A stretch of DNA of 64,000 bases, from positions 23,932,001-23,996,000 of the forward strand of contig CM126212.1 in the NCBI GenBank assembly GCA_052327205.1, given 5' to 3'. Numbering within the stretch: the stretch's first letter is position 1; every line of letters begins with the position of its first letter. Source of the stretch: Somniosus microcephalus (taxonomy: Eukaryota). The notes under the pieces are model-generated. The model saw nothing but the letters and a program-made list of their open reading frames with translations. It was not told where the DNA came from and ran no database searches. Of this stretch, positions 56,004 through 64,000 are shown piece after piece. A program made the translations under genes and the position numbers.

Positions 56004-56709
56004 AGGGGGAAAAAGTGAGTCACGCCCCCTTTGGGGCGTTAACTTCGCCGGGGCATTACTTTTAGTGCCCCCAAAAAATTAGTGCCCCCCGCGGCCGAAA
56101 TTGAGTGGTAGCACCCCAAGAGGGAAGCGGGGCGCTACCAGAAGTGCCCCGCCTCCCTCTTGGGGCGCTGCGAGGGAATATCACAGCGCTACGTGCCGAG
56201 ATACTGCAGGCCTTCCTCCCCTTCTTAAATGGGAGGGGCCTTGCGCAGCGCGACCCGGGGCCCAGCTGGGCCACCGGGATCAGCGTGCCAGCAAAAGAGC
56301 CCGGCACTCAAGGGAAGTGCCGGGCTCACGGAGCGCAGCAGGCACTCCGCGGGAGGGGTGCTTAGGAGGCCGGGATGGCAGCGGAGGCAGGTGCTGGCAG
56401 GCGGCCAGCAACAAAAATGGCCGCCCGGCACCGCGCCTATAAATAGCGCCCTCCCCCCCCCCCCCCCGGCCGCAGGTAGACCCCCCTGACCTCGTCGGAC
56501 ATAGAATCTGGCGGTAAGTCAGGGGGAGCTACCGAAGATCGCGGCCGGGGCGTGAGCGGGGTGCTGCGCACAGCGATGACCGCCGCCGCTAGCCCCCCGC
56601 TGACTTTCACGGGAGGCGTTGGCGGCGCCGCGCCCGGGCCCTAGTTGCTTTGCGCCCCGTTATTTTAGGCCGCTAACGGGAGGCGCAAAGCAACCGAATT
56701 TTTCCCCCC
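56004..56709. mobile_element. GC-rich non-autonomous TIR element, copy 2
   Basis: gggggaaaaa...aatttttccccc termini; homologous to 36653-37274. Confidence 0.72.
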
Positions 56710-58138
56710 ATATGTTTTATTTTTCTACTACATGTTTTATTATCTTATGTTATCCATAAATCCAGATAAAGATTGAGGGAGTATCAGTCAGCAAGCTGTT
56801 GAGCTTGTTTTACTCCCCTCACATTCTGAAGCAGAAGGATTAACACGTTATAATTCCTGCATTTTTCACGCTGCATTCTTTAAACCTTAAATTTTGTACT
56901 GTCAAGGTGCAATAATAAATACTCATCCCTCAGACTGAGAGGTGCAAGGAAGAAAATAAACCAAGCACATTCCAGGCTCGCTTTATCCTGCAATTCCAAA
57001 ACAAAGTTTAAGGACTAACAGCTTTAGGCTTAAAAAACATTTTAAAATTCAGGAATGTCTTTCCGTAGTCAGTTCATCAGGACAGTACAGAGATTCACCC
57101 ACAAGGTCAAGGTGTCCCAATTAAATGCTCTTCCGCTGTGATACCCTCTAGTTTTGATGGAAGGTCCACAACTGAAGCGTTAATTCATCAGTTCTCCTCA
57201 CAGAAGCTGCCTGACCTGCTGTTGGCAGCTTTTTCTGTTTTTGTTTCCAATTCAATTGGGATTGTTGAGAGGGACATGTCTGCCTTGTGCTCTACATAAC
57301 AAGTAGGCCAAGGGCTTTTTCCCCTCCCCTGCTCACAGTGTCATATTTTTCAGTTTCCCAAAAGAAAGTTGGACACTCCTGAAAGAAGTAAAATGAACAA
57401 AAGTCTTTTATTGCCACTGAAGGCCATCAGTGACTCACAGGATTGTCGGTCCTGGGCTGGTTGTTCCCTTCAGAGGGGAGGAGGTTTCCTCTTGTTAGTT
57501 CGAAGCCAAATAAAGATTGGATTTTACTCCTCCAGGCAGCTTTGCATATATCTTTGCAAGGTCAACTCGTACTTCTCATGTACCATTTAAGGAAAGGTAG
57601 TTGTTGATTTCATATTGTATCATTTCAGTCATTTTTCAGTGTCAAATAGTGATTCATTAAATACCCATTAGGGGAGGGCTTGGTGAGGTACAAAGTCAAC
57701 ATCGCTTCTGTTTGTGTTGGAGTATGATTCTTTAGCATACCATGGCTTGCTTTTTTGACAAGACCATGTCTATTTAGGAGGACGTGTTATTAATTTTCAC
57801 TAAGAATCTGAGTCATTACCTAAAGCATAAACTGCATATAGGATGTCTACCAAGCTTACCTCCCTCAGGTACTGAATCTAGAACCCAATGTGTTGTCATA
57901 AAGGTCCACTACAGAAATGAAGGCAACTTACTCTTTCTGTCCCAGAACAAAGAGAGCACCCTTTCCTAAGTCAAACCCAAGGCTGTTGCTGTGAACCGCA
58001 CGTGGGCTGTGTGTGGTACTAAGCCACTGAGATCTGGAAGGTCCCATGTTCAATTCCTGCTCAGTGCCAAGTGCTCTGCTGGGAAGGTTGTAGATGCACT
58101 GCAGTTGGCTTCAGTCCCCCTGGACCAGGGTATGAAAG

Positions 58139-58519
58139 GAAAAGAAAGACTTGGATTTATGTAGCACCTTTCATGACCTCAGGGCATCCCAAAGCACTTT
58201 ACAGCCAATTAAGTATTTCTTTGAAGTGCACTCACTGTTGTAATGTAGGAAGCATGGCAGCCAATTTGCACACAGCAAGCTCCCACAAACAGCAATGTGA
58301 TACTGACCAGATAATCTGTTTTTTTAGTGGGCTCCTCTGCTTTTATTTCGAATAATGCTGTGGGATCTTTTACGTCCACCTGAGAGGGCAGACGGGGCCT
58401 CGGTTTAACGTCTCATCTGAAAGACGGCACCTCCGACAGTGCAGCACTCCCTCAGCACTGCACTGGAGTGTCAGCCTGGATTTCATGTAGGCAAATTTCT
58501 GGAGTGGGACTTGAACCCA
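58139..58519 (-). mobile_element. Deu-domain SINE
   Basis: Similar to 23596-24065. Confidence 0.82.
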
Positions 58520-58769
58520 GAAGAAAATGATCAGGATTCCCCATTCTGGCTGCTATCCAGCGACTACCTGTTGGAAAGAATGGAGCTCAGCTCTGAGTGG
58601 TAATCACTTAAAGAAGTTGCAAAATGGCTGCTGGTACCCTTTAGGCTTCACCAAGGCACAAGGTACCACCTTCAGGAGAGAAGAAGTAGGCGTAAAAACC
58701 TGGGGGATAAAGCACTTCATGAACAGAGTATTTACAACTGACTGAGCCTCTCTTCACAGGTGCTGATTA

Positions 58770-59182
58770 TGTCCGCATGCCCGATACGAGACTCCCAAAA
58801 CAAGCGCTCTACTCGGAGCTCCGACACAGCAAGAGAGCCCCAGGTGGGCAGAGGAAATGCTTCAAGGACACCCTCAAAGCCTCCTTGAAAAAGTGTAACA
58901 TCCCCACCAACACCTGGGAATCCCTGGCCCAAGACCGCACAAAGTGGAGGAGAAGCATCCGGGAAGGCGCCGAACACCTCGAGTCTCTTCGCCGGGAGCA
59001 AGCGGAAGCCAAGCGCAAACAGTGGAAGGAGTGCACGTCAACCCAAGCACACCACCCACCCGCCCTTCAACCACCGTCTGCCCCACCTGTGACAGAGACT
59101 GTAGGTCCCGCATTGGACTCATCAGTCACCTGAGAACTCAGTTTTAATGTGGAAGCAAATCATCCTCGATGCCTAAGAGAAG
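58770..59182 (+). mobile_element. RTE LINE 3' fragment
   Basis: ORF 58777-59133, C2H2-like CPTC...HLRT and AAG tail. Confidence 0.88.
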
Positions 59183-59654
59183 ATTTGCAACCATCATACA
59201 ACAAAAGCAACTGAAGGGAGTGAAGAGGCCCAACATGTGTACAGGGACTACTCAATTGTTTGCTAAAGAATATAATGTTTTTTCCTTATGTATTATTTGT
59301 ATAGTACATGAATCAGCGCCACCACTTAAACCCGAGTTATAATGAGCCTAATAACACAAAATAAGCACAAAATATTGAGGGCACTCGCTCCTACAATATT
59401 TAACAGTATCCCTATACATCACACCACAGAGCTACTGTTCTGGATATTTCCTAACTCCGTCCACCTGTGCCATTGGCAATTGCATTGGAAGGGCGGCACC
59501 AATACACACCAATACAGTATGAGCAAAAGGGAAGATTCTGAAAAGTTGAGATGCACCAATTGAGTAGCTGTGATGGACTGACTTACACTTATCCAATTTC
59601 CTGTTTGCAAACAAACAGAGGGGTCTTAAACTGCAACTTCCGAAACTTGGTGTT

Positions 59655-60098
59655 GGAATAAACGGCTCTTTTTCCAAGTGGCAGGCAGTGACTAGCGGGG
59701 TACCACAGGATCGGTGCTAGGACCCCAGCTATTCACAATATATATTAATGATCTAGACGAGGGAACTAGATGTAATATCTCCAAGTTTGCAGACAACACA
59801 AAGTTGGGTGGGCGTGTGTGCTGTGAGGAGGATGCCGAGAAACTCCAGTATGATTTGGACAGGTTGGGTGATTGGGCAGATGCAGTATAATGTGGATAAA
59901 TGCAAGGTTATCCACTTTGGTGGCAAAAACAGGAAGGCAGATTATCTGAACGGCAATAGATTGGGAGAAGGGGAAGTGCAACGAGACCTGGGTGTCCTTG
60001 TGCACCAGCCGCTGAAGGTAAGTATGCAGGTGCAGCAGGCGGTTAAGAAGGCAAATGGTATGTTGGCCTTCATAGCGAGAGGGTTCGAGTACAAGAAC
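59655..60098 (+). mobile_element. CR1 internal RT fragment
   Basis: GVPQGS region, FADNTK, NVDKCKVIHFG, RDLGV. Confidence 0.85.
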
Positions 60099-60378
60099 AA
60101 GGTCCACTACAGAAATGAAGGCAACTTTCTCTTTCTGTCCCAGAACAAAGAGAGCACCCTTTCCTAAATCAAACCCAAGGCTGTTGCTGTGAACTGCACG
60201 TGGGCTGTGTGTGGTACTAAGCCACTGAGATCTGGAAGGTCCCATGTTCAATCCCTGGCCCAAGACCGCACAAAGTGGAGGAGAAGCATCCGGGAAGGCG
60301 CCGAACACCTCGAGTCTCTTCGCCGGGAGCAAGCTGAAGCAAAGAGCAAGGAGCGCACGTCAACCCAAGCACCCCACC

Positions 60379-63300
60379 TGTTGTATGAACACATTCAAGC
60401 ATAGAATCAGGCAGACAGGCTTACAACTGCGATGTTCTCTTTATTCTCTAAAAATGGCTGACTGCTGCTTTCCCGGGTAATTCCCATAATACAATGCGCA
60501 TTACATTACCGTATTTACTGGTGTCAAACTCGCACATTACATTACCGTATTGACTGGTGTCAAACTCGCAATCAATACACGACATCCCCCTTTTCCTTGG
60601 AAACAAACTTGCAGTTTACAAACAGTTGCTTACAATAACACTGCATAACTTATTTGGTTTATAAACTTTTTACAAACTTGTGTCTTACCACACAACTAAA
60701 TAATTCCCAGGTTTAAACATTTAACATCACCCATGCAGTTCTCGCACAGTTTATGTTGTGACATAATCAGATAGTCTTTGGGGTTTTCTTTTAACCCTTT
60801 GAGGTCTGGCTGTATTGGGTATGTCTGACATGTTGGTGTCAGTGGGTATTGCCTGTGTCACAGTGGTATGTGTGTCAGGGTCTACTATACTGTCCTCAGT
60901 CCCTTGTGTTTCCTCCTGTTCATGGAGTGTCTCCTTTGGTCCATTGGTTCTGTGTTTCTTCACAAACGTAGTGTTTCTTGAGTAGCGTGCTCCGTCTGGA
61001 GATTCCACTACTACTTGACTCCCTGTTTTACTCAAAACTTTGTGCGGTGTGGCATTAAAAGGAGTGGTGAACTTGTCCACTTTGTCCTGCCGTACCAGCA
61101 CCGTGTCACCAACTTCCACCTCTGAGTATTGTGTTCTCCGCTGTTCATCTGTGTACAGTTTGGACTTGCCTTTTTGTTCTGCATCGCGGTCACGTACTTC
61201 CATGTCTGCGCGCGACTCTGTGATGTCTGGCAGCTTTCCTCTCATTTTCCATTTAAAGAGCAGCTCTGCCGGGCTCTTTCCTGTCATGGCATGGTCAATG
61301 CTCCTGTACACAGTCACATATTTTCTAAGTTCACGTTTCCAATCTAGTCCTTCTGACTGAGCAATTCTGATTCTCTTCATCAGCGATGCATTCTGGCGCT
61401 CGACTTCTCCGTTAGCCTGAGCCCATTTTGCTGTTGTTTTCAGGTGTTTGATCCCGTTGTTTTCACAGTATTCTTTGAATAATTCAGATCTGAATTGGGG
61501 ACCATTATCAGATTTGCAGGTGATTGGCAAACCATGACGGCTGAAGATTGACTCTAAACTATCAATGATCTTCTCTGTTGTTGTGGAGGTCATGATGTCG
61601 TATTCATAGTAACGACTATAATAGTCAACTACCACAAGAATGGAGTGGTTGGATGGCAAGGGTCCCAGTAAGTCTATAGCTACATCCTGCCAGGGACCCT
61701 CCGGTAATGGTGTTGGTCTCAACGGTTCAGGTGGGTCGGGTCTGGATACTATCTGACAGCCGTGGCACGCTTTACAGTGTTTTTCAGCTGCCTTGTCCAT
61801 GCCAGGCCACCAAACCTTGGTTCTGAGATGATGCTTTGTTCCAACTATTCCCAAGTGTCCTTCATGTGCTAACAACAGGGCTCGTGCGTGTAACACTGTG
61901 GGTAGCACGATGCGTGTTCCCTGAAGAACTAGGTACCCCACTACGCACAGCTCGTTTGCAATTGCTGCATAAGCTTTACAGTTCTCAAAATGTCCATTTG
62001 TGATTGCCTTCCGTACCTCAATCAGCTCTGGGTCGGTAGCAGAGGCTTCCTCCACCTCTCTAGTAGTGAGTGCTTTTGGTGTTGCACTCACAGCTACAAA
62101 TCTCACATATTCATCTGAGCCATGAGACTGTCTCTCCTGTTTTGCTGTATCCCCCAGCAATCGTGACAGTGGGTCTGCAATGTTTTGCTTGCCTGGAATG
62201 TGTATCACCTTAAAATCGTACGGCTGTAATCTAAGTACCCATCTCTCTATACGGGCACAGGGTTTAGAGTGTGGGCCGTATATCACTTGTAATGACTTAT
62301 GGTCAGTTACCAAGTTAAATTTTTGGCCATACACATATGGATGCAGCCTCTCACAAGCCCATACAAGAGCTAAGGCCTCTCTCTCTGTTTGAGAGTATTT
62401 CCTCTCACAGTCTGTTAAACTACGACTTACATAGCATATTGGCACCTCTTGTCCCTGTTGGTCCTGAACTAGTACTGCGCCTAAACCTACAGGACTGGCA
62501 CCTGCTATCACCTTGGTTGGTGCATCCTTATCAAAATATGCTAAAGTGCCAGCTCTGGCCAACTCTTCCTTGAGTGCACTGAATGACTGTCTCTGTTGTG
62601 ATCCAAATTTAAATGGTGTGTCTTTTCTCGTCAGGTGTCGCAGTGGCTCTTATAGCGTTGCAAACTGCAGGATGAATCTGCTACTGTACCCAACGAGTCC
62701 CAAGAAACTCCTCACCTCTGTAGCATTCTCTGGTTCCCGAGCTTCTGCCACCACTCACAGTCTCTCTGCTGTTGGTCCGATGCCCTTTTCAGACAACAGG
62801 ATTCCCATGAAAATCAATCGGTCCATGTTGAATTGGCACTTCTCTGAGTTTAGTGTAAGTCCACTTTCCATTAGTCTGGTCATGACAGCATGCAGGCGTC
62901 TGTCATGCGTTTCCTGGTCGTGTGCATGCACAATAATGTCGTCTGAGATGTTTTCAACACCCTCTATTCCAGCTAAGGCATTAGCTATCTCGTGCTGATA
63001 TTGCTCACTAGCTGAAGATACACCAAATATCAGCCTCTTGTACCTGTATATTCCGTTATGTACTGCAAACATTGTGATTTCTCGTGACTCAGGTGTCAGT
63101 TCTAGCTGGTGATAACCCCATTTCAGGTCTAGCTTACTAAACACCGTCGAGCCATTCATACCTTGGAGTATCTCATCAACGGTGGGGATTGGATATCGTT
63201 CCCTCACTATTGCCTGGTTTGCTTGTCTCATGTCTAGGCATAACCTTACATCCTTATCTGCTTTTGGTACAATAACCATAGGATTTACCCATGGGGTGGG

Positions 63301-64000
63301 ACCAGTTACAGGTTCGATAATGTCCATGTCCCTCAATTGTTTTATTTTGGCCTCTACTGCCCCCCTTAAGTTGAATGGTATACGCCTGAGTGGCTGGGCC
63401 ACAGGCTTCACTTGTGGGTCGATATACAAACTGATCAGTTTTGTGTTCAGCCTTCCTACTCCCTGGAACACCTTTGGATACCGCTGTTCTAGTAGCTGTC
63501 TTACATCTACCACAGCTGAGACATCTGCGCCTATTTTTAAAACTCCCAGTTTCATGGCTGTCTCCCTTCCTAGCAACGGCTCTCCATGGCCTTTAACCAC
63601 AATGAACTCCGCCTGCTCAGTTCTCTTACCTATTGTAATCCCACATGTGAATACACCTTTAACTGACAGTGGTCAGCTAGAAGCATAAGAGAATAACTTT
63701 CTCTCTGTCTTAGGGACATGTGACTGACACTTAATGTGTTCTGACTTTAATCCTTCCCATGTATTCTCATCTATCACATTACTAGTTGCACCCGAATCAA
63801 TTAACATTCTTAGGTTTACTCCCCCCACACAAAAGGTAAGTCTCTCTGTCATGTTACTTCCAGTAACAGCAAATGCAAAGTCATTTTGTTCCTCTATATT
63901 GTTCACACTGTGTTTCTTTGTACCCTTTGTGCGGCATACTTTGGAGAAATGATCCTTTCCCTTGCACTTATGACACGTTTGTCCACGTGCTGGGCATTTC
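60379..64000 (-). mobile_element. Gypsy (Mag-like) LTR retrotransposon; 3' LTR at 60379-60584; continues beyond the window
   Basis: 3' LTR has TG...CA ends and an internal 36-bp tandem duplication; PPT aaggaaaaggggga. A CCHC knuckle lies at about 63930-63990, followed by protease LIDSGA, RT NISDD, RNase H and integrase, split by frameshifts and stops. Confidence 0.93.
60751..63906 (-). pseudogene. Disrupted pol of the Mag-like Gypsy element (ORFs 63673-63906, 62755-63600, 60751-62562)
   Basis: Protease, RT, and RNase H plus integrase motifs in three separate ORFs. Confidence 0.88.

Overview
Repeat-dense vertebrate genomic DNA, very probably from a cartilaginous fish: it carries HE1/V-SINE, Deu-domain SINE, CR1/HER1, L2, RTE, Penelope, Gypsy and Harbinger/hAT/Tc1-type repeats. 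A single multi-exon host gene runs on the + strand: ten phase-consistent GT-AG exons (6465-37604) and a probable terminal exon (48693-49069) encode an SLC38A10 (SNAT10)-like amino acid transporter. It is strongly diverged and short-tailed, so it may be an undescribed paralog; the first coding exon was not found. The last intron holds a Penelope-like element (16-bp TSD, hammerhead ribozyme) interrupted by a young Gypsy LTR retrotransposon. That Gypsy element has no tRNA primer-binding site; instead a 13-nt segment is complementary to its own LTR (apparent self-priming), and its RT motif reads YLDN. Other notable structures are a hammerhead-containing hairpin in the presumed 3' UTR, a solo LTR whose TSD duplicates a branch-point motif, a 17-bp G-rich minisatellite, local duplications and a Mag-type Gypsy element at the right edge. 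Coordinates were counted by hand, and repeat boundaries without TSDs are approximate.
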